Below, piece by piece: positions 17,309 to 27,133 of a stretch of DNA of 64,000 nt. The DNA lies in assembly GCA_964427735.1 (NCBI GenBank), contig CAYRUS010000002.1, positions 131,734 to 195,733 of the forward strand, in the 5' to 3' direction. Below the pieces are notes generated by a model that made no database searches, was not told the DNA's origin, and worked only from the letters and a program-made list of their open reading frames with translations. Made by a program: the position numbers and the translations under genes. The DNA is from an uncultured Gammaproteobacteria bacterium. Lineage in GTDB: Bacteria > Patescibacteriota > Microgenomatia > UBA8517. How positions within the stretch are numbered: the first letter of the stretch is position 1; every line of letters begins with the position of its first letter.

Positions 17309-17926
17309 ATGCAAAACAAACAAAACATAAAATCTGATTCAAAAAAAATAGCTAGTGGCTGGATGCGACTCATCGCCGCAATAATTGACAGTACGCTATG
17401 GTTTTTATTTTTCCTAATATTAATTAACTGGATTTCTAGGGCTAATGATTTGCAACCACTTCTTGATTCACTTCTCTCCACAATAATTATTCTTTTAATT
17501 TCATATGTTCTCTGGCAAATTGTACAAGCTTTGCTTACATCCAAACTGGGAGGTAGTATAGGTAAGCTCATCACAGGAATAAAAGTAGTAAATCAAAGTG
17601 GAAAAACTCTAACTTTTAAACGTGCCCTTTTCCGTGAGCAGATCGGGAAAGCAACCTCTTCTCTTTTCTTTGGTCTAGGATACTTTTGGATAATTATTGA
17701 TGATAAAAACCAAGGCTGGCACGATATGGTAACTGGCAGCAAGGTTGTAAAAGAAGGGAAGTATGGAATAGGGCTAGGTATTCTTGGATTAGCCTCACTC
17801 TTTATAATTAATTTTCTTGTTATTTCATCGACAATTTCTAACTTCCAAAGAAACAAGCACATATACCTAAATCTAATTCAAGATGCTGCTCGTGAGATTC
17901 AAAGAACAATAAATGAGGTTGATTAA
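17309..17926 (+). CDS. RDD-family membrane protein (second copy)
   Basis: 'RLIAAIIDSTLWFLFF' and 'WHDMVTGSKVVK' parallel ORF 15719-16246; starts 3 nt after the preceding ORF. Confidence 0.65.
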   Translation: MQNKQNIKSDSKKIASGWMRLIAAIIDSTLWFLFFLILINWISRANDLQPLLDSLLSTIIILLISYVLWQIVQALLTSKLGGSIGKLITGIKVVNQSGKTLTFKRALFREQIGKATSSLFFGLGYFWIIIDDKNQGWHDMVTGSKVVKEGKYGIGLGILGLASLFIINFLVISSTISNFQRNKHIYLNLIQDAAREIQRTINEVD

Positions 17927-18052
17927 AAGTAAGGTATCGCCATCCTCTAAAAAAGATCTCCTCTGTAACATATCCTCGGTCGATTAGTCTTTTATATCAA
18001 ACTGTAAACATGTATAATATACTAATACTATTGAATTTGCTTTGCGAACGTT

Positions 18053-19306
18053 ATGGAGTTAGATAAAAAATATAGTCCTGAAAGAAAATGGAGTCATGGT
18101 GCAGTTGCAGAACTTTTAACTAAATTTCTCCATCAAACCAATATATATGAAGAGGTTAGATCTGAACTCTACCCTATTCTATTCCGTCCAAATTCACCGC
18201 ACAAAAGAACTATAGACAATATCGTCGATACTGGCTTTATACCAATTACAAAAAAGTGGATTGTACTAGGAGAATCCAGAAGTAAAATTCATTACGAGAA
18301 ATACCTTAAGTCTCTTTTCTTACTTGACCCTAGCAAATTCACAGAAAGCGATATACTTAACCTCTTCTTAGCACAATATAAACTAAAATGTGCTTCTAAA
18401 GGAATTGCATCTGGACGGAAATATGATGGGAAAATAGAATTTTGGGGAAGAGAAAGAGAAATTACAGACAGGTATTTTGACGGTGAAGCAGGCAAACCCA
18501 ATTATGATACAGTGGTTAGATCTTTGGGACCTGATTTAGCAGTTAATACATATTTAGCTTATCTATTATCTAGTAAAAAGTTGAAGATACCCGGTAAAAA
18601 TGTGCCATTTGAGTTTATTGAAGACATTGAAAACCTCCTAGCTCCTTACTCAATTGAGTTGGATTCGCAATTATTACTTGATAGATTCAACTTTTTAATT
18701 AGTGATAAATTTATAAGCTACCTTAACCAAAATGGACACATTAAAGAAAACGAACTTACTCATTTTTTTGAAGAAGCAAGCTCTTGGATGCTTACACTAT
18801 CACTTAAATTGCAAAAAGATAGTCCTAGACCTAATACACTTATACTGCCATACACTCCTCCACGCGCTGTGGAATTGTACCCCTCGATAGATTTCATTCC
18901 GTATATTGCAAGAACAATGCATAACTATCTCACTCTTATACCTAATTTTGTATCAGACAATTCTAACTTAGCCTTAAGTGATTTTGATTATGTGATTACG
19001 GATTTAATTAAATGCATAGAAAGATACTTATCCCATTATCTGAACAACTTATCCGGAAGAAATATGAGGTCTAAGATCCCAAAAGTAGCAGGTGAAGTTT
19101 TAACATATGTACCCAAATACGAAAACTTGCTAAGCCATTATAGACATCATATAGGTCTTATAAATAAGACCCAGGATAAAGGAAGGTCTGGTTCATCTGT
19201 TAGAAGCTACAGAGAAACACTGGAGAAAATAAAGGAGAGTGGCGGCAGGACGAGTAGCAAAAGAATCAGAATAAAAATGAAATACTTTAAGGAATCAATT
19301 CTTTAA
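18053..19306 (+). CDS. hypothetical protein (417 aa)
   Basis: Long intact ORF; no recognisable family. Confidence 0.45.
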   Translation: MELDKKYSPERKWSHGAVAELLTKFLHQTNIYEEVRSELYPILFRPNSPHKRTIDNIVDTGFIPITKKWIVLGESRSKIHYEKYLKSLFLLDPSKFTESDILNLFLAQYKLKCASKGIASGRKYDGKIEFWGREREITDRYFDGEAGKPNYDTVVRSLGPDLAVNTYLAYLLSSKKLKIPGKNVPFEFIEDIENLLAPYSIELDSQLLLDRFNFLISDKFISYLNQNGHIKENELTHFFEEASSWMLTLSLKLQKDSPRPNTLILPYTPPRAVELYPSIDFIPYIARTMHNYLTLIPNFVSDNSNLALSDFDYVITDLIKCIERYLSHYLNNLSGRNMRSKIPKVAGEVLTYVPKYENLLSHYRHHIGLINKTQDKGRSGSSVRSYRETLEKIKESGGRTSSKRIRIKMKYFKESIL

Positions 19307-19308
19307 GG

Positions 19309-19935
19309 TCATTTCTTCTCAACTAATTCTTCTCTAGTGGTTTCCCAATCTTTATCATAAAGAATTTTTTCTATGGCCAGATCATAGTTATGCAGTTCAT
19401 CTGCATCAAACCATAACTTAATCTCTCTTTCTGCTTCTTCAATAGAACCGGATGCGTGAACTAAATTACGAATTGAACGCTCATCTGGATCAGAGATAAA
19501 ATAAGAATCAATAGTCAAGTCAGCAGTAATTGTACCGACATCAGCTGAAAGTGGATTTGTATGACCTCTTATTTTTCTAACGTGCTGAATAGCATGCGCT
19601 CCTTCGATAACCATAGCAACAACTGGACCAGTAACAAGATACCTCATCAATCTTTTTTGGATATCCTCTGCAATTTCAATTGGGGTCCTTTTTATATCCT
19701 CTCCTTTTTCCTTGTACGCCGCAATAGTTCTTTCCCCTAACAGTTGTTTATCTTCTTTTGGCATATCATAGTGGTTTTTTGCCAAAGTAGCAGTTGACCA
19801 AACCATCTTCAATCCAACAACTTTTAACCCCTTTCTTTCGAACCTTGAAATTATTTCTCCAACTAAACCCCTTTGTACTCCATCTGGTTTAACTAAAACT
19901 AATGTTCGCTCGTGATGTTTTGTTTTCCTTGGCAT
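19309..19935 (-). CDS. ndk: nucleoside diphosphate kinase with ~60-aa C-terminal extension
   Basis: 'RTLVLVKPDGVQRGLVGEIISRFERKGLKVVGLKMV' and the catalytic His region 'NLVHASGSIEEAEREIKLWF' are typical NDK; 208 aa is longer than the canonical ~140-150. Confidence 0.85.
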   Translation of the reverse strand: MPRKTKHHERTLVLVKPDGVQRGLVGEIISRFERKGLKVVGLKMVWSTATLAKNHYDMPKEDKQLLGERTIAAYKEKGEDIKRTPIEIAEDIQKRLMRYLVTGPVVAMVIEGAHAIQHVRKIRGHTNPLSADVGTITADLTIDSYFISDPDERSIRNLVHASGSIEEAEREIKLWFDADELHNYDLAIEKILYDKDWETTREELVEKK

Positions 19936-20051
19936 TCTTTTATCCTATTAATAAATCTGACCAATTACTTTACTGATAGTAATATACCACAATTTTAAAA
20001 GACTTTTTAATACAAGATCTGTTTGTAAAAATCTAAAAACAGATTGTTATT

Positions 20052-20096
20052 GTGCGACCACCTCTAAGGGAGTCTCCCTGCAAGGTAGTCGTGACA
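20052..20096. repeat. REP-like palindromic element, copy B (GTGCGACCACCTCTAAGGGAGTCTCCCTGCAAGGTAGTCGTGACA)
   Basis: Near-identical to the copy at 22822-22866 (1 mismatch). Intergenic, between the ndk start and the M16 peptidase 3' end. Confidence 0.75.
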
Positions 20097-20114
20097 ACAA
20101 TACTGTCTGTGGCT

Positions 20115-21386
20115 TTATTTGAGCAAGTCCTCAAATTGTTTCTCATTTTTAAACGGTCCAATTATTGCTAAATTTAATTTCTCTTTTACAAACACATCTT
20201 TAGCAACTTCAACAAGATCTTCTACTGTTACCTTATTTATTCCTTCAAATACTTCCTCTGGTGTCTCAACTCTTCCTAACATCAATTCCTTGATTCCAAA
20301 AAAACTATTTATTGCTTTTGTATCTTCTAGCCCTAATGCCAGATGTCCTTTGAGATACTCCTTTGCTTTTTTAAGTTCATCGTCCTTTATATCATGTCTG
20401 CCATTTGCAATTTGGTAATGTAAATCAAGTATTACCTTTATTGCCTCTGTTGCTCTTTTGGGATCAACTCCAGCATACGCAGAAATATAACCTGTATCCA
20501 GATAATGATCTACATCACTTCTAACTGCATATGCCAAGCCTCTTTTTTCTCTGACTTCAGTAAACAACCTGGAACTCATACCTCCTCCAAGAAGCGTGGT
20601 GAGAACTGCCTCTGCAAATCTTTTATTACTACCGTAAGGGTAACCAATAAATCCAAGAACAAAATGAGCTTGTTCAATATTTTTATTTTTCAAAAAGATT
20701 CTAGGCTCTTTCTGATCAGAGTTGAATTTTTCGTAGTCAGTTACATCTCCATCTTTAAGACTTCCAAAATACTTCTCTGCAAGTTCTATTACTTTATCTT
20801 GATCTATCCCTCCTGAAACAGTTAACAACATATTGTGAGTTTTATAATGTGTATTTCTATACTCCACAAAATCTTCTCTCTTTAGTGAGGTAACTGTTTC
20901 TCTTAGTCCAATAATGTCTCTTCCTAAATCATGGTCATTAAAAATCAAATTCTCGAAATAATCTCCAACTTTGCTCATAGGGATGTCTTCATACATACCC
21001 ATTTCTTCTAAAATAACACCCTTTTCTCTTTCTATCGCATCCTCTTTTAATAATGGTGAAACAACCATGTCTGACAGCACATCAAAGGCAGTTTCAATGA
21101 CACCTGAACGCGATTTTATATAGTAGTTAGTCCATTCCTTCGAGGTAGATGCATTAAATTGAGCACCAATTGCATCCACTGCTGTTGCTACTTCTTGAGA
21201 TGTAGGACGCTTTTTTGTTCCCTTAAAGACCATATGCTCCAAGAAATGAGATATACCTGCGTTAGAGTCTTTTTCAAAACGTGAACCAACACGGGTCCAA
21301 ACTGTAACTGTTGCCGACTCAAAATCCTCAAGAGGAACTGTTAATACTCTTAAACCGTTTTTAAGTTTAGTAATTTGATAGTCCAT
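20115..21386 (-). CDS. M16 family (pitrilysin/insulinase-like) zinc peptidase
   Basis: Inverted zinc motif 'HFLEHMVFKGT' (HxxEH) near the N-terminus; 423 aa, typical for the single-chain M16B type. Confidence 0.85.
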   Translation of the reverse strand: MDYQITKLKNGLRVLTVPLEDFESATVTVWTRVGSRFEKDSNAGISHFLEHMVFKGTKKRPTSQEVATAVDAIGAQFNASTSKEWTNYYIKSRSGVIETAFDVLSDMVVSPLLKEDAIEREKGVILEEMGMYEDIPMSKVGDYFENLIFNDHDLGRDIIGLRETVTSLKREDFVEYRNTHYKTHNMLLTVSGGIDQDKVIELAEKYFGSLKDGDVTDYEKFNSDQKEPRIFLKNKNIEQAHFVLGFIGYPYGSNKRFAEAVLTTLLGGGMSSRLFTEVREKRGLAYAVRSDVDHYLDTGYISAYAGVDPKRATEAIKVILDLHYQIANGRHDIKDDELKKAKEYLKGHLALGLEDTKAINSFFGIKELMLGRVETPEEVFEGINKVTVEDLVEVAKDVFVKEKLNLAIIGPFKNEKQFEDLLK

Positions 21387-21599
21387 TTAGTAAAAGATTG
21401 TATCACCATTTAAGTAAGTTGTCTTGATATAAAAATGTTAGAAACAATCAATTGCAATGGACAAAATATTCATGCGATAATTTATAAATCAAGTTAAATA
21501 AATAGTAATTGGGATTTACCTGAATCAAAGTTTTTATGTTTATATTACCTACTTATTCTGAAGATTAAACTGTGATATATATAAATTAGGAGAAATAAA

Positions 21600-21998
21600 A
21601 TGAATGAGCATTTCAGAAAAATAGCCGCTAAAATCTCACTGGTTGTAGGAACACCATGGGCATTTGTACTCGCGATAGTCATAATTCTAGCCTGGTTTCT
21701 TAGCGGACCTTTATTTGGCTTTTCAGATACATGGCAATTAATAATTAATACAGGTACAACAATAATTACCTTTTTAATGGTATTTCTTATCCAAAACACA
21801 CAGAACAGAGATGCGAAAGCCATTCATCTTAAACTTGATGAGCTAATAAAATCAACAAGAAGCGCAAATAATCAAATGCTAAATGTCGAAGACGTTCCAG
21901 ATGAAGAATTGGAAAGACTGCACCAGGAGTTTAAATCCTTTAACGATAATCATAATCACCCAAAAAGAACCTCTCAAAACAAAAACAAAAAAATATAA
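21600..21998 (+). CDS. small two-TM membrane protein, possibly low-affinity iron permease-like family
   Basis: Two TM helices followed by a 'QNTQNRDAKAIHLKLDELI' amphipathic segment; resemblance to the small bacterial Fet4-like 'iron permease' family is from memory only. Confidence 0.4.
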   Translation: MNEHFRKIAAKISLVVGTPWAFVLAIVIILAWFLSGPLFGFSDTWQLIINTGTTIITFLMVFLIQNTQNRDAKAIHLKLDELIKSTRSANNQMLNVEDVPDEELERLHQEFKSFNDNHNHPKRTSQNKNKKI

Positions 21999-22057
21999 TC
22001 TTTTGATAGAAATTGATCACAAAACTTTCTTATTTCACTAACTAATATCGTTATTGT

Positions 22058-22092
22058 ACGACTACCTTGCAGGGAGACTCCTTGCAAGGTAT
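22058..22092. repeat. REP-like palindromic element, copy C, inverted orientation and more perfectly palindromic (ACGACTACCTTGCAGGGAGACTCCTTGCAAGGTA)
   Basis: Reverse complement of the REP core; arms TACCTTGCA / TGCAAGGTA form a 9-bp stem. Lies immediately upstream of the likely true start (22102) of the RAYT gene and inside the annotated 5' ORF extension. Confidence 0.75.
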
Positions 22093-22101
22093 ACTCCATT
22101 T

Positions 22102-22785
22102 ATGCCTCGCAAAAATACTCTGAAGATGTATGTAGATGATGCCTATTACCACGTTTATAATCGCGGAACCGACAAACGAAATATCTATGAAGATGAAGAA
22201 GACCATCGTGTTTTTCTTGGGTATCTTAAAGAATATTTATCCCCAACTGAAGGCTCAGAACCAAAAAAAGTGCTAGTTAATATAAACAATAAAATATTCC
22301 AAGGTACACCCCGCAAAAGAAAAAACTATTATGAAAACATTGAACTAGTAGCCTATTGTTTAATGCCGAATCATTTTCATCTCTTGATTAAGCAAACAGA
22401 TAAAGAAGCAATGTCTCGCTTTTTGAGATCTCTTCTAACGCGCTATTCAATGTATTTTAATAAGAAATATAATAGAGTTGGTAAGCTCTTTGAAGGACCA
22501 TATAAAGCTGTCTTAATAGATAATGATAGTTATTTGCTTTATCTCACTCGCTATATCCATAAAAACCCTGGAAAGTATAAATTTGATTTGACTAAAGCAT
22601 ACTCATCTTACGCTGAATATTTGGGAATTAGAAAAACACCATGGATAAAGCCAAACTTAATACTTTCTCAATTTTATAATAAAAAATCTCCAGAGATAAA
22701 GAAGTTTATCTCATACGAAGAATTTGTAGAAGGAAAAATTCATTACCCTGTAAGAATGGATGAATATACAATCGAACAAGAATAA
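22102..22785 (+). CDS. IS200/IS605-family-like Y1 (HuH) transposase of the REP-associated tyrosine transposase (RAYT / TnpA_REP) type
   Basis: 'YHVYNRG' N-terminal motif, HuH motif 'MPNHFHLLIKQ', catalytic-Tyr motif 'YLTRYIHKNPGK' (Y-x3-NP). Flanked by inverted REP copies at 22058 and 22822. The track ORF starts at 22054, but the first 16 codons overlap the REP; the start at the Met at 22102 ('MPRKNTL') is preferred. Confidence 0.85.
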   Translation: MPRKNTLKMYVDDAYYHVYNRGTDKRNIYEDEEDHRVFLGYLKEYLSPTEGSEPKKVLVNINNKIFQGTPRKRKNYYENIELVAYCLMPNHFHLLIKQTDKEAMSRFLRSLLTRYSMYFNKKYNRVGKLFEGPYKAVLIDNDSYLLYLTRYIHKNPGKYKFDLTKAYSSYAEYLGIRKTPWIKPNLILSQFYNKKSPEIKKFISYEEFVEGKIHYPVRMDEYTIEQE

Positions 22786-22821
22786 GTAATAAATTGACCC
22801 TCCAAAATCCTTTCTGTCCTT

Positions 22822-22866
22822 GTGCGACCACCTTTAAGGGAGTCTCCCTGCAAGGTAGTCGTGACA
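22822..22866. repeat. REP-like palindromic element, copy D (GTGCGACCACCTTTAAGGGAGTCTCCCTGCAAGGTAGTCGTGACA)
   Basis: 36 nt downstream of the RAYT stop, and 11 nt beyond the 3' end of the convergent argS. Confidence 0.75.
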
Positions 22867-22876
22867 ATTCTAATAG

Positions 22877-24604
22877 CTACATTTTAGTAGGCACCTTAAT
22901 ACCTAGCAAATTCAACCCGTTTTCTAGTACCTGTCTAACCCCATTAGTCAGAGCTAGACGAAAATTCTGATTATCTGATCCAATCATATGGTGCTTGTTA
23001 TAAAACGTATTATATGTTTGTGCCAAATCATATATATAATTAATAAACGTATTGGGTGAGTAAGTCTTTGCCACACTTTCGATCTCTTCTTGATATCGAT
23101 ATAATTTTCGAAGTAACAAATCTTCTTCTTGATTTATTTCTATATTATTGTTCTCCAGACCCTTCAAATCTTTATAGTTTGCCCCCAGAGCCTTAACCAA
23201 TACATTAGAAGCCCGAGCAACAGTATACTGAACATAAGGTCCAGAATTACCTTCTGTAGATATGCTACTTTTTATATCAAATATAATATCCTGTACTGGA
23301 TTTGTCTTTAAAAAGGCATATTTAACTGCCCCAATACCAACTATTTCCGAAATACTTGCCTTCTCTATTTCATTAAGATCTTCTCTACTTTCTACAATCT
23401 CTCTAATCTCCCTGACTATGGTATCCACGAGCTCAACCGCACCGACTATATTACCTGTACGTGAACCCATTTTCCCCTCTTTGAGTTGAATCATACCAAA
23501 ACCAATATGCTCAAGTCTTCCTTTCAAAAGGGGATCAATCTCTTCAAGAGCTTTAAATACTACCTTAAAATATTCATTTTGTTCTGCTGCTGTTGAGATA
23601 ATAAGAAGATCATAAGGCCAATCTTTCATCTTCATCTGCTCCAATGCTAACTCTTTAGCTTCGTATGTAGGAGTTCCATAGCTTGTTATAAAAACTCTAT
23701 CATGTAACCCATACTTGCTACCTTCAAAGATAACTGCCCTTTCACTTTTAGTAAAAACATCATTTAAATTACGCTTCACTTCCTCAATGCCCTTTTCGTA
23801 AACTTCAGACTCAAAATAATACTTGTTGTATACAATACCCAATCTCTCCTCGAAGTGCTTGTAAAACTCAACACTCCATTCTCTTGTTTCTTGCCAAAGA
23901 TCCAGTATCTCAGGATCTTTGGCATAAATTAATCTGTTTAAAGTTTTGATTTCCTCTTGAATTTTTTCATCATCTTTGTATGCCTTTGAGCCGTTTTGAT
24001 ACATTTCTTGAAGGAGTTTAACCTTATCTTCTAAACCTTCCGGTATCAGAGGCTTTTCTTTTTGAAAAGCCCAAAGACATTTTGCCACATGTAAGCCAAC
24101 ATCACCTTGGTAGTTGGCACGAAAAACTTCCGCACCAGTTGCCTCAAGAAATCTACTCATACTTTCGCCGTAGATATATGAAAAAAGATGACCGATGTGA
24201 GGCATTTTATGGGTATTCGGTTGGCCAAACTCAAACATTATACGTTTACCTTGAAATAAATCAGACTTCCCATACTTGTCACCTCTTGTATTTACCGTTT
24301 TTAAGTTATCGGTCAATACTTCTTTTTTAATCCAAAAATTAATAAAACCGGGACCAGCCACTTCGATTTTTGATATATAATTTTTTAGATTGTTATCTTT
24401 TGATAGCTTAGATACAATTTCTTCAGCAGCTTTTCTAGGATCTTTTTTTTCCTTACTTGCTATTTGCATTGCTATATTTGATGAATAGTCACCATTATCC
24501 ATACTCTGAGGAAACTCTATATGGACATTTTTTTCTTCGGTTACATTTTGTAACGCTTCGTGGATTTTATTTCTTACCTGCATTATGCTATTGTACACGC
24601 TCAA
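22877..24604 (-). CDS. argS: arginine--tRNA ligase
   Basis: Class I 'HIGH' motif 'PHIGHLFSYIYGESMSRF', 575 aa, C-terminal DALR-type anticodon-binding region. Confidence 0.9.
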   Translation of the reverse strand: MSVYNSIMQVRNKIHEALQNVTEEKNVHIEFPQSMDNGDYSSNIAMQIASKEKKDPRKAAEEIVSKLSKDNNLKNYISKIEVAGPGFINFWIKKEVLTDNLKTVNTRGDKYGKSDLFQGKRIMFEFGQPNTHKMPHIGHLFSYIYGESMSRFLEATGAEVFRANYQGDVGLHVAKCLWAFQKEKPLIPEGLEDKVKLLQEMYQNGSKAYKDDEKIQEEIKTLNRLIYAKDPEILDLWQETREWSVEFYKHFEERLGIVYNKYYFESEVYEKGIEEVKRNLNDVFTKSERAVIFEGSKYGLHDRVFITSYGTPTYEAKELALEQMKMKDWPYDLLIISTAAEQNEYFKVVFKALEEIDPLLKGRLEHIGFGMIQLKEGKMGSRTGNIVGAVELVDTIVREIREIVESREDLNEIEKASISEIVGIGAVKYAFLKTNPVQDIIFDIKSSISTEGNSGPYVQYTVARASNVLVKALGANYKDLKGLENNNIEINQEEDLLLRKLYRYQEEIESVAKTYSPNTFINYIYDLAQTYNTFYNKHHMIGSDNQNFRLALTNGVRQVLENGLNLLGIKVPTKM

Positions 24605-24764
24605 GCTAGAATATTTCTAGTTTGTGTGGTTTGAAGCAGAGGTCGAAATATTGCGAGAACCCGATTTATAGAGAGATCAAAATAGATTTAATCTATAATT
24701 AGAAACAAAAACTGATACATTAACTCAATTTGCAAACTAGTTTAGACATATATAGAAAAATACA

Positions 24765-25628
24765 ATGAGTGAAGTATTACCACCCAATGACAAAGACAAG
24801 GGAGAACAAATTAAAACTCCCTACGAACTTATTGAGTACATTTGGGATAAAGCATTAGAAGATCCTGGCAGGAAATCAATCGAAGAAGAAAGACAGTCAG
24901 GTTTAACTTCTATGGAAAAAGATTTATTAGCACTTGTTCCAAGTCACAGTAGCGCATGGAAAAAATTTTCTTTGGATTTCATCTCTGATCCTACTAGTGT
25001 GGAACTTCATGACCCAGAAATCATAGAAAGCAAAGATATCCAGTTTGTCGAACACGCCACTGGTTCTCCGGACAACCCAATAGAGAATCTACCACTAAAA
25101 TATTCTATAATGGAAGCATCTATAGATAAAACCGAATTTCAAAGATTGCCTCATGACTTTGAAAAAGCACCACCACAAGTATACGTAAATGTGAGAGAGA
25201 TATTCAGCGACTCTGAAAGAGATGTTCAAAATATACTTAGAGGGTTACTAGAAGAATATATTAACCCTCTAAGATCAAATAGGTACGGAGAACGAATTAA
25301 GAAGAAAAGAGATACTTTAAGAAACGAGATTTTAAAGATATCTAGCATACTACTAACAGACCTGACTCTTATAGGAAAAGTTGTTTACTACAATCCAAAT
25401 GTTAGAAATCGAGAACCGTTGAATATTCTCGGATTTAGGCTGCTATTTACAGCTGGTGGAAATTTGATTGTCTACAAACTACTAAAATGGCATGGTAAGA
25501 ACACACAATCAAAAATGAATTTGGACCTACCAAGTTATGATATTGTAAAAAATAAAATCCACCCAGAGCTTGAAATACCGATGAGAAAATTTTCTCAAGA
25601 AATCAGAAAACGAGCTGGTAAGTTGTAA
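24765..25628 (+). CDS. hypothetical protein (287 aa)
   Basis: Intact ORF divergent from argS; no recognisable family. Confidence 0.4.
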   Translation: MSEVLPPNDKDKGEQIKTPYELIEYIWDKALEDPGRKSIEEERQSGLTSMEKDLLALVPSHSSAWKKFSLDFISDPTSVELHDPEIIESKDIQFVEHATGSPDNPIENLPLKYSIMEASIDKTEFQRLPHDFEKAPPQVYVNVREIFSDSERDVQNILRGLLEEYINPLRSNRYGERIKKKRDTLRNEILKISSILLTDLTLIGKVVYYNPNVRNREPLNILGFRLLFTAGGNLIVYKLLKWHGKNTQSKMNLDLPSYDIVKNKIHPELEIPMRKFSQEIRKRAGKL

Positions 25629-25635
25629 TTCAAGT

Positions 25636-25670
25636 ACTTTAAAGGAGTCTCCGCATGAGGTGGTCGCGCA
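25636..25670. repeat. REP-like element, partial/rearranged copy E (CTTTAAAGGAGTCTCCGCATGAGGTGGTCGCGCA)
   Basis: Contains the REP centre 'TTTAAAGGAGTCTCC' followed by the reverse complement of the left arm (AGGTGGTCGC). Intergenic, between the 24765 ORF and the ComEC-MBL gene. Confidence 0.55.
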
Positions 25671-25686
25671 ATAACTAATTATGTAA

Positions 25687-26580
25687 CTATCTGCTGGTAT
25701 TTATACTGTAGCTGCTACCATCTGTACTCAATATCACATGTCCAGATGTATCAGTTCTATATACTTCTAATCCTTTTGTTCTTAACATTTCTAGAATTTC
25801 TTTATGTGGATGTCCCCATGGATTCTTACCAGACGAAATAACAGCAATCTCTGGATTAGATTTTTCTAGCAAGTCTCTAGTAAGCCCATTTTTGCTTCCG
25901 TGATGAGGTACTTTTAGATACTCTATATCACTTACCTCTCCTGCTAAAATCATGTCGTCGGTTATTTCTGGTTCAATATCCCCTGTCAACAACGCATCAA
26001 ACTCACCATACCTCATATGAATAACAACCGAAAAATTATTAGGATTTTCATCACTATCATATACTCCAAGCACATTAGAATCTTTAACACTAATTTTATT
26101 TGAACTGATAAAATTGCTTGTTGGCCAAATTACATCTAAATTAATCTCTCCAATATTAATGTTTCTTGTACTTTGCAATTCAATGGTGTCAGTATTACTA
26201 TTTCCAACTAATCCTTCTAATGTCTCCCACTCTATCCCTTCAGCATCTAACCCACTAGTAGCAAAATACTTCACATTATATCTTTCTACTACATCAATAA
26301 GACCGCCAAAATGATCTTTTTGTGGGTGAGTTACTATAACCATATCAATACTCCTATCCCAAAATGGAATATATCTACTCAGGCAATCCATAACTTTGCT
26401 ATTAGGTCCACCATCTATTAATATCTGGTTTTTGCCATGAACAACTAAAATTGCATCCCCCTGTCCTACATCACATGCAATTAATTTTAATTTAGGACTT
26501 GGCCAGTTAATTAGTATTAAAATTAGAAGACTAAGAGCAAGTAGTGTAAAAAACAAAAATACTTTCGTCCCTTTTGACAT
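25687..26580 (-). CDS. ComEC-type metallo-beta-lactamase-fold domain protein (separate gene), N-terminal signal/anchor
   Basis: 'LIACDVGQGDAILVVHGKNQILIDGGP' and 'MVIVTHPQKDHFGGL' (HxHxDH-like MBL motif), as in the C-terminal nuclease-like domain of ComEC/Rec2. Confidence 0.75.
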   Translation of the reverse strand: MSKGTKVFLFFTLLALSLLILILINWPSPKLKLIACDVGQGDAILVVHGKNQILIDGGPNSKVMDCLSRYIPFWDRSIDMVIVTHPQKDHFGGLIDVVERYNVKYFATSGLDAEGIEWETLEGLVGNSNTDTIELQSTRNINIGEINLDVIWPTSNFISSNKISVKDSNVLGVYDSDENPNNFSVVIHMRYGEFDALLTGDIEPEITDDMILAGEVSDIEYLKVPHHGSKNGLTRDLLEKSNPEIAVISSGKNPWGHPHKEILEMLRTKGLEVYRTDTSGHVILSTDGSSYSINTSR

Positions 26581-26623
26581 TAATTCAGCTTGAAGTTAAA
26601 TTGAAGATAAATCAAGATACTAG

Positions 26624-27133
26624 TTATTCCTTGCTTAATCTTGACTGCATATATTGCAGTGCCTCATTAAGATCTTCTATAGTGACATCTTCAGGTCTAA
26701 CAAGGTTGTATCCGGATCTATTCCATGGCATGGTAGCACGTAAACCTTCCATAAACTTTTTATATCCTTCAGGTAACTCTTCTGCTCTACCTTCTGCTTC
26801 AGCCAATTGTTTATATCTAGCATTTGTTGTCATTAAAAAAACCTTTGCTTCAGTGTCAGTAAAGCTAATTTGGGGATATGATAATTTTTTTTGTCTATCG
26901 ATTTCTGCTTCCCGCTTCCTAGATGCTATTATTTTCAGTCTTTTTTCCCAATCTCTATAAAAAAAACGCTCCTTTAAAGTTAGCGATATCAGCAAATCAT
27001 GTTGTATATCTTTGCCTTTTTTAGACTCTACAGACTCTAGGTCATTAACAAACATTTCCCAGGCTTTTAACAAACATTTCTCTCTCAAAATCTCCTTTTG
27101 TGCTTCTGGGTTTGGTCCTTCATAGCTTTCCAT
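26624..27133 (-). CDS. hypothetical charged cytoplasmic protein (169 aa), sits between the two ComEC fragments
   Basis: Intact ORF; no family recognised. Confidence 0.4.
   Translation of the reverse strand: MESYEGPNPEAQKEILREKCLLKAWEMFVNDLESVESKKGKDIQHDLLISLTLKERFFYRDWEKRLKIIASRKREAEIDRQKKLSYPQISFTDTEAKVFLMTTNARYKQLAEAEGRAEELPEGYKKFMEGLRATMPWNRSGYNLVRPEDVTIEDLNEALQYMQSRLSKE

Noticed and set aside
22054-22101. N-terminal 16-codon extension of the RAYT ORF (MYDYLAGRLLARYTPF)
   Set aside because: These codons are the REP palindrome itself read in frame. The conserved IS200 N-terminus begins after the Met at 22102.
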